Notes under the pieces: generated by a model
Seen by the model: the letters and a program-made list of their open reading frames with translations, nothing else
The model's database searches: none
What the model was told of the DNA's origin: nothing
Part shown: positions 10,199 through 19,988 of the stretch, piece after piece
Layout: each line of letters starts with the position of its first letter
Position numbering within the stretch: position 1 is the stretch's first letter
Assembly: GCA_023259175.1 (NCBI GenBank)
Contig: JAHFQV010000007.1
Coordinates: 278 to 64,277 of the forward strand
Direction: 5' to 3'
DNA length: 64,000 bases
Source: Oxalobacteraceae bacterium
Lineage (GTDB): Bacteria > Pseudomonadota > Gammaproteobacteria > Burkholderiales > Burkholderiaceae_D
Made by a program: the position numbers and the translations under genes

Positions 10199-10883
10199 GG
10201 GGATCATTCGGTGAAGTTGCTTCGCTTTTTTCCGAGGCAATGAGTTCATTGGTCACTTGTTGCCAACGCGTGCGATAGCTGGCATCGACAAGATGATGCG
10301 CAGTTTCGATACGGCAGCCGCCGCGCTCTAATTGGGCATCGACCAGGATGCGCATGCCAATTTTTTCTAAACGATTGCCGCTGATTTCGGTGATGAGTGC
10401 TGCGTCGGCAGGGTGCAGAAAAAGATAGGCTGGTTGGGTCACTAAGGGCAAGCTCGCAATCGCATCATCGACCACTTTCGCGATAATTTCGGGATGCAGT
10501 GTGAATAGAGCTTTGCTCATTGAGGCGGCAATTTCGCTTGCCAATAAGCTGAGCTCGGTACCGACACTTTGATGTACTTGGTTGAGTTGCTGGCAGAAGG
10601 AAAGACTCAAGTCTTCGATTTGCGCAAAAATTTGCATCGCTTGATTTTGCATTTCATCGTAGGCTTTTTGATGGCCTTCTTTATAGGCAATCTCGTAGGC
10701 TTCCTGGTAGGCGATTTTATAGGCATCGCGATACGCACGTTCTTTTTGTGCGGCCAGATCGGCTTCAGTCAAACGGACCCTGAGCGCTTCCTGCTCAACT
10801 TGCCCTATGCGCTTATCGCCAAATGAATTGAGCTCCCACCTTTGGTAAGGCGATTGCTGCTCTTTTGATAGAAGCTTAGACAT
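10188..10883 (-). CDS. fliH: Flagellar assembly protein FliH (start moved to MSKLL)
   Basis: YQRWEL N-terminal motif, [19 protein letters not shown]; position between fliG and fliI. Confidence 0.92.
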   Translation of the reverse strand: MSKLLSKEQQSPYQRWELNSFGDKRIGQVEQEALRVRLTEADLAAQKERAYRDAYKIAYQEAYEIAYKEGHQKAYDEMQNQAMQIFAQIEDLSLSFCQQLNQVHQSVGTELSLLASEIAASMSKALFTLHPEIIAKVVDDAIASLPLVTQPAYLFLHPADAALITEISGNRLEKIGMRILVDAQLERGGCRIETAHHLVDASYRTRWQQVTNELIASEKSEATSPNDPHAN

Positions 10884-11871
10884 ACGCGTCTTCGCCTTTT
10901 GCACCTAACATGATCTGACCTTCGTCGGCCAAACGGCGCACGATGAGTAAAATCTGTTTTTGCTGTGCTTCGACTTCTGATAAGCGAACCGGGCCTTTTG
11001 ATTCTAGGTCTTCACGCATCATTTCTGCAGCACGTTGCGACATGTTCTTGAAGATTTTTTCTCGCATGTCAGCATTGGCACCTTTGAGCGCGACAATCAA
11101 AGAATCGGATTGAACTTCACGCAAAAGTAATTGGATGCCGCGATCATCGATCTCCATGATATTGTCGAAGACGAACATTTCATCCATAATTTTTTCCGCC
11201 ATGTCGCCGTCATATTTGCGTAAGTTTTCCATGATGGAAGCTTCATTTTCGCCGCTCATGAAGTTGAGGATTTCAGCGGCAGCGCGAACCCCGCCTATCG
11301 ATTTTTTCTTCAGGCTTTCATTGCCAGTTAAGAGCTTGGTGAGAACATCATTGAGCTCGCGCAAAGCGGTCGGTTGAATGCCATCCAAGGTTGCGATTCG
11401 AAGTACCGCATCATTGCGTAAGCGCTCGCTAAAATTATTTAAGATTTCGCTGGCTTGATCGCTTTCCAAATGAACTAAGATGGTGGCGATAATTTGTGGA
11501 TGTTCGTTTTTGATGAGTTCTGCGACCGAGGCAGAGTCCATCCACTTCAAACTTTCGATACCGCTGGCATCCTTGCCGCCTAAAATTCGATTAAGTAGTG
11601 ATGAGGCCTTGTCATCACCCAAGGCCTTGGTGAGCACATTGCGTATGTATTCATCCGAGTCCAAGCCAACCGAAGAACTGAGGTCGGCTTGCTCCTTAAA
11701 TTCTTCCAGAACTTTGGCGATATTTTCGTGCGGAATCGCACCTATGCTGGCCATCGCCGCACCGATTTTTTGTACCTCACGCGGGCCTAAATGTTTCATG
11801 ACTTCCGCCGCCGCGTCTTCGCCCATCGCGAGCATCAAGGTTGCCGCTTTTTGTACGCCTTCGTCACTCAT
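10876..11871 (-). CDS. fliG: Flagellar motor switch protein FliG
   Basis: EHPQIIA, GGVRAAAEILN, MFVFDN, KNMSQRAAEMMREDLE, GPVRLSEVE. Confidence 0.98.
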   Translation of the reverse strand: MSDEGVQKAATLMLAMGEDAAAEVMKHLGPREVQKIGAAMASIGAIPHENIAKVLEEFKEQADLSSSVGLDSDEYIRNVLTKALGDDKASSLLNRILGGKDASGIESLKWMDSASVAELIKNEHPQIIATILVHLESDQASEILNNFSERLRNDAVLRIATLDGIQPTALRELNDVLTKLLTGNESLKKKSIGGVRAAAEILNFMSGENEASIMENLRKYDGDMAEKIMDEMFVFDNIMEIDDRGIQLLLREVQSDSLIVALKGANADMREKIFKNMSQRAAEMMREDLESKGPVRLSEVEAQQKQILLIVRRLADEGQIMLGAKGEDAYV

Positions 11872-13555
11872 TGCTCACCCACGATTTGATGACATTGGCG
11901 ACGATTTTAGGGTCACTTGTGGCCAGTTGTTTCGCCATGTCGAGGTTAATTTCATATGCGTTGATTTGCTTTTGTGCTTCCTTCTGTGCTTCGGCTTCCT
12001 CGCTGATTTCGACAGCACTGCCTTCTTGCTCTTCCTCAGCCATTTTTGCGGCTGCTTCCTCTAGGATTTTTTTCTCGGCGAGCGCACGCGCATCGCGTCC
12101 TAAAATTTCGTTGAGCGTAGGTTTAAGGTAGGCAAAAAATAGGTAAAGTAAGAGTAGTGCGCCGATGATGTATTTGCCGATTTCCTTGACCGCTTGCAGC
12201 ACGTCCGCTTGCTTCCAAAGGGGCACTTCTTCAGCAACCAGTTTTTCAGGTGTGGCAAAGGGTGTGTTGACCACATTCAGTGTATCGCCGCGTTCTTTGT
12301 TAAAACCCATGGCTTCTTTTGCGAGGTCGATGATTTGGTTTTTTTCCAGTTCGGTCAAAGCGCGGGTTTGGGTTTTGCCCGCTTTGTCGAGTTCAGCCTT
12401 ATAGTTCACCACCACGGCCACTGAGAGCCGCTTTAAGCCACCCATGGCTTGTTGGGTATAGCGTACTGTTTTATCGACCTCGTAGTTGACTGTGGCATCC
12501 TTTTGGGTCAGACCTGAGGCACTTGCGCTGGCGGCACTGGCGCTCGTGGTCGCAGCACTGCTAATGGGAGCCGTCGCTGGCGCAGGCGCTTGATTACTTA
12601 AGGCACCGGGCACGCCACTTGCGCTGGCTGCTTTGTTATAGCTTTCGCTGCTTTGTTGGCTGCGTATCGTACTCGCTTCGGGGGGCGTATTGGGGTGAAA
12701 ACTTTCCGCGGCTTGTTCGCTTCTGGAAAAATCAATATCGGCACTGGCTTCGGCACGGACATTTTGAATTCCAACGATGGGCGAAATGATCGATTCCACT
12801 TTTTTGACGATGTTTTGCTGCACCTCTTGTACGTACTTCAGTTGTGAGGGATCAAGATTGTTATTCGCTGTTTGTTTGCTAGGGTCAGAAAGTAGGCTGC
12901 CATTTTGATCGACTACGGTGACGTTTTTGGCGGAGAGTTCTGGGATGCTACTGGCCACCAAATGAATAATGGCGCTCACTTGTTGTGGGTCTAGCGTGCG
13001 ACTTGGGTAGAGGTTGAGTAAGACGGAGGCCGTTGGTTTTTGCTGTTCTCGCACAAACACCGAGGCTTTAGGAATTGCCAGATGAACCCGCGCTGTTTGT
13101 ACTGCGGACACGGCTTGAATCGAGCGTGCCAGTTCGCCTTCGAGCGCACGTTGAAAATTAACTTGCTCCAAGAATTGAGAAATGCCGAGTTTTTGGTTTT
13201 CCATCAATTCAAATCCGACATTGCCACCTTTGGGTAAGCCTTGGGCAGCAAGTTTGAGGCGCGCATCGTAGACTTGGTTCGCAGGAACCAAGATGGCGCT
13301 ACCGCCGTCAGAATAACGATAGGGAATATTAAGCTGCTGCAGTGTTGCGACGATAGCGCCGCCGTCTCTATCGCTGAAATTGGAGAAGAGTACGCGATAG
13401 TCGGGCGATTGACTCCACATCCAAATACCAGCCATGATGGCAATCGTGACCGCTGCTCCTACGGTGAGGAAAAGCGTGCGAATCGCAGGTGTTGCGTTGA
13501 TGCCCAAGATTGCGTTTGGTGGGGCTGTCAAAATGGCTTCATCGGCGCTGGCCAT
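11864..13555 (-). CDS. fliF: Flagellar M-ring protein FliF
   Basis: Two TMs; GFELMENQKLGISQF, FQRALEGELARSI, ARVHLAIPK, GVPGALSNQ. Confidence 0.97.
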   Translation of the reverse strand: MASADEAILTAPPNAILGINATPAIRTLFLTVGAAVTIAIMAGIWMWSQSPDYRVLFSNFSDRDGGAIVATLQQLNIPYRYSDGGSAILVPANQVYDARLKLAAQGLPKGGNVGFELMENQKLGISQFLEQVNFQRALEGELARSIQAVSAVQTARVHLAIPKASVFVREQQKPTASVLLNLYPSRTLDPQQVSAIIHLVASSIPELSAKNVTVVDQNGSLLSDPSKQTANNNLDPSQLKYVQEVQQNIVKKVESIISPIVGIQNVRAEASADIDFSRSEQAAESFHPNTPPEASTIRSQQSSESYNKAASASGVPGALSNQAPAPATAPISSAATTSASAASASASGLTQKDATVNYEVDKTVRYTQQAMGGLKRLSVAVVVNYKAELDKAGKTQTRALTELEKNQIIDLAKEAMGFNKERGDTLNVVNTPFATPEKLVAEEVPLWKQADVLQAVKEIGKYIIGALLLLYLFFAYLKPTLNEILGRDARALAEKKILEEAAAKMAEEEQEGSAVEISEEAEAQKEAQKQINAYEINLDMAKQLATSDPKIVANVIKSWVSNE

Positions 13556-13754
13556 ATTGGGTCTCCGAGATACACAAAACGATCAACTTTCGCACCAATC
13601 AAGAAGCAAGCTGTGCGATTTTCTATGTCATCTATTGTGCTAGGAAAAACGGCATTCAAATGCAGGAAAAAAGCCCATTTCATGAGTCTGCTCTGCCTTA
13701 AGCATCACCGCTCCGATGCTAAGCTTAGCCTATCGCAAATCTGGGAGAATTCAA

Positions 13755-14096
13755 GTGGAACTCGGGGGCATCGATCGTGGGCGTATTACCGCCATGCTTG
13801 CGCAGATCAAAGAGGCGCAAGCAAAAATGGAAACTGGGCTTGCCAATCCAGTCAGCGCTACTGAGCCGGGCAAGAAAAATTTTGCCGATGCCTTGAAAGG
13901 CTCCTTGGAGCAGCTCAGTGCCGCGCAAAATCATTCTCAACAATTGGGTCAGAAATTTGTGATGGGCGACGAGAGTGTAAATTTGTCGGATGTCATGATT
14001 GCGATGCAAAAGGCGAATATCTCCTTGCAAACCACGATACAAGTGCGGAATAAATTAGTCTCTGCATATCACGATATTATGAATATGCAAATTTGA
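13755..14096 (+). CDS. fliE: Flagellar hook-basal body protein FliE (GTG start after GGAGA RBS)
   Basis: LSDVMIAMQKANISLQTTIQVRNKLVSAYHDIMNMQI; divergent from fliF. Confidence 0.95.
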   Translation: MELGGIDRGRITAMLAQIKEAQAKMETGLANPVSATEPGKKNFADALKGSLEQLSAAQNHSQQLGQKFVMGDESVNLSDVMIAMQKANISLQTTIQVRNKLVSAYHDIMNMQI

Positions 14097-14112
14097 AGTT
14101 TAAGTCGCTTCC

Positions 14113-14874
14113 CTAAATCGCCCCAGTCAGTTTGGCATTTCTTTCGCGTTCCAGTTTCATGATATAGCGCTGCACCGAAGCTAAGGTGCGACTCGAGAGT
14201 TCGATAAAGGCGCAGCCTACGCGGCGGGTCGTTTTGCCGTTTAATAGAATTAATTCTTGAGAATTTCTTACCTGTAGTTTGAGTTCTATCATGCCGACGC
14301 TAGGCAGATCGATTACGCACTGCTCGTATTGAAATCCAATCTGGTTGTTGATCGCGCGTTTCTCGTCAAGTAAGGCAATCCCGCCGCAGCTAATGTCTAC
14401 GAGTGAAAATTTACCCAGCTCGGAAGCTTGTTCTCCATCCATTAGGATATTGCATTTAATAGGATTGGAAATCGGCGTATTGATGCGATAGTATTCGCGT
14501 CTTTGCAGACGGATGAGGTTGCTTGGGATGGGCATTTGTAATGCCGGTCTCGCTTCGAAACTGGTGCGTTGCAGTTTGGACGAGGAAAATTGTATGCTGA
14601 TGCGGTCGAGCAGGCCATCGAAAAATACCGTCGAAGCTTCGAGTATATGTTGATTGGCTGTCGGGTTGGGCGCACTGTCGATGATGACGATATTATTGCC
14701 ATCATCAATGTCCAGCACTGAGGTGATGTAGACCTCGGAGCCACCGTTGATCATCATGCTAATTAATTGCCCTTTGTCTCGAAAGCCGCGCAATAAGGCG
14801 AGAATTTCGCGACGCGATTCCACTTGATAGGGGCTTTGGTTTTCGGTTCCAAGCGAGGGCAAATTCGTTTGCAT
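14113..14874 (-). CDS. ycgR: c-di-GMP-binding flagellar brake protein (YcgR N-domain + PilZ)
   Basis: Intact PilZ motifs QRREYYR (RxxxR) and DISCGG (DxSxxG); flagellar context. Confidence 0.9.
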   Translation of the reverse strand: MQTNLPSLGTENQSPYQVESRREILALLRGFRDKGQLISMMINGGSEVYITSVLDIDDGNNIVIIDSAPNPTANQHILEASTVFFDGLLDRISIQFSSSKLQRTSFEARPALQMPIPSNLIRLQRREYYRINTPISNPIKCNILMDGEQASELGKFSLVDISCGGIALLDEKRAINNQIGFQYEQCVIDLPSVGMIELKLQVRNSQELILLNGKTTRRVGCAFIELSSRTLASVQRYIMKLERERNAKLTGAI

Positions 14875-14924
14875 AATGATTTGCGTCCGAAGTTGAGAAG
14901 TGTAAAAAATCAGGATTAATAAGC

Positions 14925-15221
14925 TTAAGGCGCTTTATCTGATGGTTTTTGCGTTAAGCCATTTTCTATATGGTATAGCCATGCGAGTAGTTCTGCAACT
15001 ACGCGGTAGAGACTTTGTGGGATATGTTCATCTAAGTCTACACGCATGAGCAAACTCACGAGTTCTTTTGACTGATGTAGCGCGACACCGTGTTCTTGGG
15101 CGCGCGCGATGATCTCCTCTGCAATTTTGCCACGTCCCTTAGCCACGACCTTGGGCGCAGGCTCATTGGCCTTGTAGGAGAGGGCGACTGCCTGTGCCAG
15201 CTTTTGCTTAGAGTCCGGCAT
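14925..15221 (-). CDS. FlhB cytoplasmic-C-domain-only protein (EscU/YscU/HrcU family, FlhX/YlqH-like)
   Basis: QAVALSY, APKVVAKGRGKIAEEII, LDEHIPQSLYRVVAELLAW; no TM part and no NPTH site. Confidence 0.88.
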   Translation of the reverse strand: MPDSKQKLAQAVALSYKANEPAPKVVAKGRGKIAEEIIARAQEHGVALHQSKELVSLLMRVDLDEHIPQSLYRVVAELLAWLYHIENGLTQKPSDKAP

Positions 15222-16539
15222 CGTGTTCCACCTTAAACAGTTCAATTCGGGTCGCCTGTTGATCGAGTGCAGTTTTTAGCTCGATAGCGTGGCCGCGCAA
15301 AATATCGGTGCACTCAGCTTGTTTGACCTTCAAATTGAGTGCGACTTGTTCTTTCTGTAGGCGTAGATTGATGGAGATACGGCCAAGCTTAGGGAAATCG
15401 ATTTGTAGTTGGCTAGAGACGACCGCATCGGCATCTTCATGGTTGGCCTGTCGGTTGTGGGCAGTATCGGCGTTTTTCTGAGTAGCATCAAATTCTGGAA
15501 TGGTGATATTCCATCGTATGGGAATGTCCGGTCTAAGTTGCATCGCCATTTGTAGATTCTGATTGTCGATCAGGCTTAATTGTTGTTGGACGATGCGCGT
15601 GAGTGGGCCATCGAGCTTGTTGAGTGCTTCGTTGGTCAATGAGCTAGGGCGGGCATCCAACTGGGCGTGCTCAGCCAATAATTGCGCCTGCGGTTCACTC
15701 ATCAAACTCTGTTGCGTGCGTTCACCACGAACGAAGGCTAAGACGTGGGACTCATAAAATAGCCCGCTGTTTTCTATGGTTTGCTTTAAGCGATCTCGTA
15801 TTTGACTAGCCCATCGATCAGGGCTCTCAGTCTGAATCGTTTCTGCAGAGATTAAATTGCTTTTGCCGACAATATGGGGGTGCGCGGTAGCACTGTTGTC
15901 TGCATTTGCTGGCGGTAGCAAACGTGCGATGAGTTGTGCCGTTGGGCTAAGTTCGATTTCGCTACTGTTCTTAATGAGGCCGAGCCGGTCAAGCGCTGCT
16001 CCAGGTGTATCTTTAATCGCGGAGACATCTGTTGCGGACACTTGTTGGGCGCTGATCGTATTGCTGCTTTGTTTGCCCACAGACGAAGCAAAATTATGCT
16101 GCTTCGCGCTACTAGCTAATACTTGGCCGTTCGCGTTCACGGTCTCTTTGCTAAGCTGAACAGCGTTAGCGCTGAGATCCCTGCTAGAGGGATTTTTGTT
16201 GTTCAATTTTAAGGGGTTCAGAATTTTAACTTCTTGCCCATTTTGCATTAGGAAAATCGCTAGTGCTGTTTCCTTGGAAGGCTTCAGAATGAAGTGTTCG
16301 CCTAGTTGAACCGGGCTTGAAAATTGTAGGTGTAGGGTCAAGTCCTGAACTTTGGCCAAGACACTCCCATCGCTTAATTGTTGAATGATGGCGGCATCGA
16401 TACGACCATTTTGTGCGCGGGCAAAAACCTGTGCGATCACATCTTGCTTATAGGCGAACATACTGCGGGCAGTTTGTACCCCATCAACCCCCAATCCATC
16501 GAGCGGCGCAAGACGGAGTTGAGGGAGTAGTTCGTCCAT
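15208..16539 (-). CDS. Second FliK-like protein (C-terminal Flg_hook-type domain)
   Basis: IENSGLFYESH motif and C-terminal LQIDFPKLGRISINLRL; overlaps the FlhB-like gene. Confidence 0.72.
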   Translation of the reverse strand: MDELLPQLRLAPLDGLGVDGVQTARSMFAYKQDVIAQVFARAQNGRIDAAIIQQLSDGSVLAKVQDLTLHLQFSSPVQLGEHFILKPSKETALAIFLMQNGQEVKILNPLKLNNKNPSSRDLSANAVQLSKETVNANGQVLASSAKQHNFASSVGKQSSNTISAQQVSATDVSAIKDTPGAALDRLGLIKNSSEIELSPTAQLIARLLPPANADNSATAHPHIVGKSNLISAETIQTESPDRWASQIRDRLKQTIENSGLFYESHVLAFVRGERTQQSLMSEPQAQLLAEHAQLDARPSSLTNEALNKLDGPLTRIVQQQLSLIDNQNLQMAMQLRPDIPIRWNITIPEFDATQKNADTAHNRQANHEDADAVVSSQLQIDFPKLGRISINLRLQKEQVALNLKVKQAECTDILRGHAIELKTALDQQATRIELFKVEHDAGL

Positions 16540-16544
16540 GATAT

Positions 16545-16880
16545 TTAAAGTTGTTGAGCACCGTAACTTTGTGAGAGTTGGTGTTGATTGTGCGTGATTT
16601 TCATCAGCTGGTTGAGTTCTTCCATCCACGGTTCTGTGATGGCACGTATCGCTTTATCGTGGGCGAGTATGCTTTTGATGAGGCTGATTTTTTTTTCGCG
16701 CATCGCCTCGGATAAATCCTCGGTTTGTTCGTATTGCTGGAGTACTGCTACTTCCTCGCTACAGTTCTTTTCGAGAAGTATCAGGCGATCCCAGTCGCTA
16801 TCGCGAGCTGCATCTAGCATGTGTGCACTAAGCACCTCAATTTGCTCGTAGATGGCGAGCATTTCATTACTGGTCATCAT
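16545..16880 (-). CDS. fliT: Flagellar chaperone FliT
   Basis: MLDAARDSDWDRLILLE, ILAHDKAIRAITEPW; position after fliS. Confidence 0.9.
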   Translation of the reverse strand: MMTSNEMLAIYEQIEVLSAHMLDAARDSDWDRLILLEKNCSEEVAVLQQYEQTEDLSEAMREKKISLIKSILAHDKAIRAITEPWMEELNQLMKITHNQHQLSQSYGAQQL

Positions 16881-16883
16881 CGC

Positions 16884-17357
16884 TCAAGCCTTGAAAAGAG
16901 TTGTTTGACGTGGTTCAAGCGGATCATTTTTTGCGATGGGCGCTTCCACTGAGTGGTTCGTTTTGTCCGGTGTAATCGCTTCCCACGCAAGTTTCAAGTC
17001 ACGGAGTAGATTTTGAACTTCGGTGACCGGAACAGTATCATTGTCGAGATTGGCTTGGATCAAACGACCTGCCATGTATTCGTACAAGGCATCTAAGCTT
17101 TCGGCAATTTCACCCCCCGCACGTTTGTCCAAACTGGCCCTGAGTCCATTTTCGATAATCGCGATGGCTTTCGAAATAGACTGCCCCTTGGCAGCGAAAT
17201 CCTTAGCCTTGATATGGGTGAGCGTATGACTTAAAGCGACGATAGCGCCGTCGTAAAGCATCACGATGAGCTTATGCGGGCTCGCGGAAATGACTCCTGT
17301 TTCGATGCCAACTTTGGCATATGCACTAGCGCCTTGCGATTGTGATGAGCCAAACAT
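16884..17357 (-). CDS. fliS: Flagellin export chaperone FliS (start moved to MFGSS)
   Basis: AYAKVG, ASPHKLIVMLYDGAI, LDALYEYM, AWEAI. Confidence 0.96.
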   Translation of the reverse strand: MFGSSQSQGASAYAKVGIETGVISASPHKLIVMLYDGAIVALSHTLTHIKAKDFAAKGQSISKAIAIIENGLRASLDKRAGGEIAESLDALYEYMAGRLIQANLDNDTVPVTEVQNLLRDLKLAWEAITPDKTNHSVEAPIAKNDPLEPRQTTLFKA

Positions 17358-17391
17358 GAGTAACCTTTCTGTCGATTGATTCACATTCGAT

Positions 17392-19410
17392 CTAGAGTTT
17401 ATTGGTGCCTGTGAGTGCAGCGAGTTGTTGGGTTAAAAAAGTGCTGGTATTGTTCAGGCTACTAATGGTCCGATCAAGTGCGGTGAATTGTGCGCGATAG
17501 CGTGCCTCGGTGTCGATTAGGCGGCTATTGAGTAAGGCGCGTTGATTGCCGATGTCTTTAATGGTTTTGTTAACGCCTTCAGTTGAATTGGCGATGGTTC
17601 CGCTGGTGCCTACGGTGGAAGCAATGAGTGTGACTAATTGGTTGGCGTAGCCGCGTGAAAAGTTCACTGTGCCGCGCGCGCCCGTGACACCACCTGTGAC
17701 AGAAACTTGCAATCCCTCGGAGTTGGTGCCGCTACTTCCTGTCAGAAATTGACCCACTCCCGTACCCCCAACACCATTAAAACTACCGGCTACATTGACC
17801 CCTACCGTTCCTGCTAAATTGCTACCCGTGAGTGCGGCTGCACTGGTGCCGGTATCGCTCGCAATCGTCACGTTAGATGCACTACCATAGCTGGCCGATT
17901 GCAGTTGTAAAAAGCCACCGCCGGTGATGGTTGCAGCTACCTTTGCACCGATGCTTGAAAACGTACTCGTACCATTGATCGAGGTTTGCACTAGTGTCGC
18001 TAGTTGACTGGAAGTGTAAGTCCCCGCAGCTAAGGAAACTGAGCCGACGACCCCATCGAGCGTGACATTAATTTTGGTACTAGCGGCGATCGTGGTATTG
18101 CCCGCGGTGAGGTCAGTATTGCCGACCAAAGCCCCTTGGGTCGCCAAGGTACTGACATTGACGGTATATGCGCCTTGTTTTGTGGCCGCGGTCGCGGAGC
18201 TGTATTTGACTAGGCCATCACTGGCTTTTCCGATGGCGGCGAAGATGCCGGAAACATCGCTAAAAGCATTCGTCAATGCGGCTTGTAATTTGGTGGCATC
18301 ACTACTTAAGGTGCCATCTTTTTGAAAGGTAATGCCAATGGAAGTGAGCGTCGTATAGGTGCCACCCAAGCCATTGACCGCGGTGGCAAGCGTTGTGCGT
18401 AGTTGGTCTTGCACACTACGGGCTGTCGCATCGCCCAGCAATACGCCTCCTTTTTTACTGGCCGCATCGTAGCCAGTTAAAGTTTTTAGGGTCGCTTGTA
18501 AATCGTTATAGCCTTTCACAAAGCTATTGATGAAGTTTTGAACGGCAGAGGTGTTGGTGGCCAGCGTTAAACTGGCCGTTCCGATTTTACTTAAGGTAAC
18601 GGTACTGCCTTGTATTGCTTCTGTAACCGTATTGGAGGCGCTGGAAATTGAAATGCCGTTGACCGTGAATGCGGCATTTTGCGCGCCCGTTGCCTCGGTC
18701 AAATTTTGCGTGCCGGCCGGATTGTAATTGAGCAGGGTCTGCAGAGTCGCGTCGCCCGTGACCGTTACTTTGAGACTGGAGGTGGCACCAGTTTTGCTGG
18801 AATTGAGTACCAAATGATAGGGGGTCGCGCTGCCGTCTCCGACGATGGACGCAGCGACACCAAGATTGGCCGTATTGATCGCGTCTCGTATGCCTTGCAG
18901 ACTATTATTGGTGCTGTCGATGGTGACTGAACCCGTGCCTTGATTTCCATCCTGGGTATAGGTCGCGCCGGTATAGACACCCGCACTTAAACTGCCGCCA
19001 CTAATCGTCCCAAATTGAAACGCAATTGTTGTGCTGCTGCCGCCGCCTATGGCAGATGTAGTACTGGTTTGACCTGCGCTTTGTACGATTTGGGCCTGCG
19101 CTAGTTTAGTGACATTAAGATTGTAAGTGCCGGCCGTGGCGACCGAAGAGGTGGTCACGCCAGCGACGCTGGTGTCGCTCGAAGTGGCGCTCAAATTCTG
19201 AAATGTGGCGCTGCTATTAAGCGCAACGAAATTGCTTTGGAAGCTGTTTAAGGCACCGCTCAGCGTGCCGTAGGCGGTCAGCTTGGATTGGTAGCTGGCT
19301 TCTTTTTTGGCGAGGTTAGTTAATGGTTGACTCTCGACCTGCATCAGCTTGCTGATCAGACTATTGACATCGAGATTCGACCCTATCCCTGTTGATTGTA
19401 TGCCCACCAC
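17392..19410 (-). CDS. fliD: Flagellar filament cap protein FliD
   Basis: GIGSNLDVNSLISKLM, VTKLAQAQ, AQNAAFTVNG, EARYRAQFTALD. Confidence 0.95.
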   Translation of the reverse strand: MVGIQSTGIGSNLDVNSLISKLMQVESQPLTNLAKKEASYQSKLTAYGTLSGALNSFQSNFVALNSSATFQNLSATSSDTSVAGVTTSSVATAGTYNLNVTKLAQAQIVQSAGQTSTTSAIGGGSSTTIAFQFGTISGGSLSAGVYTGATYTQDGNQGTGSVTIDSTNNSLQGIRDAINTANLGVAASIVGDGSATPYHLVLNSSKTGATSSLKVTVTGDATLQTLLNYNPAGTQNLTEATGAQNAAFTVNGISISSASNTVTEAIQGSTVTLSKIGTASLTLATNTSAVQNFINSFVKGYNDLQATLKTLTGYDAASKKGGVLLGDATARSVQDQLRTTLATAVNGLGGTYTTLTSIGITFQKDGTLSSDATKLQAALTNAFSDVSGIFAAIGKASDGLVKYSSATAATKQGAYTVNVSTLATQGALVGNTDLTAGNTTIAASTKINVTLDGVVGSVSLAAGTYTSSQLATLVQTSINGTSTFSSIGAKVAATITGGGFLQLQSASYGSASNVTIASDTGTSAAALTGSNLAGTVGVNVAGSFNGVGGTGVGQFLTGSSGTNSEGLQVSVTGGVTGARGTVNFSRGYANQLVTLIASTVGTSGTIANSTEGVNKTIKDIGNQRALLNSRLIDTEARYRAQFTALDRTISSLNNTSTFLTQQLAALTGTNKL

Positions 19411-19442
19411 GTTCCCCTCAAATGTATTGGAACTTTATATGA

Positions 19443-19469
19443 TTAACGGCAGACGCAAATCGGACTTTA
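19443..19469 (-). promoter_or_regulatory. Sigma-28 (FliA) promoter for fliD-fliS-fliT
   Basis: Minus strand TAAAGTCC-N11-GCCGTTAA, compared with consensus TAAAGTTT-N11-GCCGATAA; 32 nt upstream of the fliD start. Confidence 0.8.
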
Positions 19470-19517
19470 GAGGGGTTTTTTATGCCTATTTTAAATCTGT
19501 ATGCATCTTTTTTATGC

Positions 19518-19895
19518 CTAAGCCTCTTGCTTAATCAAAAGCCCTTGAAATTTGTCGAGTGATTTTGCGATTTCCACCGCCTCGATAGAAGGAATTTGTC
19601 GTAGTACTTGTTTAGTCTGTTGATCAACTACCTTGACGATAACTTCTCGGGCATCGGTATCAACACTAAACTCTAGATTTTGGGAAAAAGATTGCACCGC
19701 TTTGTTTAATTCGCTGACGGCGCGATTAACTTCTTCCGCGCTGGGGCGTTTCGCAACTGGGGCGACCGGGTTGTTAGTAGCAGGCGCAGTACCCGCCGTA
19801 TTGACCACCGGTTGGGGTGTGGGCGTACTAATCTTATCTGCGATCAGTACCCCAGATTGCACATTACTTGTGAGCGATCGGATGTCCATGATCAT
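19518..19895 (-). CDS. flaG: Flagellar protein FlaG
   Basis: LEFSVD, VIVKVVDQQTKQVLRQIPS, GLLIKQEA; located between fliC and fliD. Confidence 0.93.
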   Translation of the reverse strand: MIMDIRSLTSNVQSGVLIADKISTPTPQPVVNTAGTAPATNNPVAPVAKRPSAEEVNRAVSELNKAVQSFSQNLEFSVDTDAREVIVKVVDQQTKQVLRQIPSIEAVEIAKSLDKFQGLLIKQEA

Positions 19896-19911
19896 TTCCT
19901 TTAAGTGAATA

Positions 19912-19943
19912 ACCCCCGACCAAAAAGCGCTTGGGCGGGGGGT
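19912..19943 (-). terminator. GC-rich hairpin between fliC and flaG (attenuator or mRNA stabiliser)
   Basis: Minus strand ACCCCCCGCCCAA-GCGCTTT-TTGGTCGGGGGT followed by TATT; weak U-tract, so possibly leaky. Confidence 0.6.
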
Positions 19944-19988
19944 GAATCTACATCAATGAAGTTGAGGTCACCCCATTTGATTTTGGCC

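Noticed and set aside
13630-13690. FlhDC box between fliF and fliE (AATGGG...GCCGTT on the minus strand)
   Set aside because: Arms are about 32 nt end to end, shorter than the enteric consensus, and the AAATA core is poor; cannot be supported by eye
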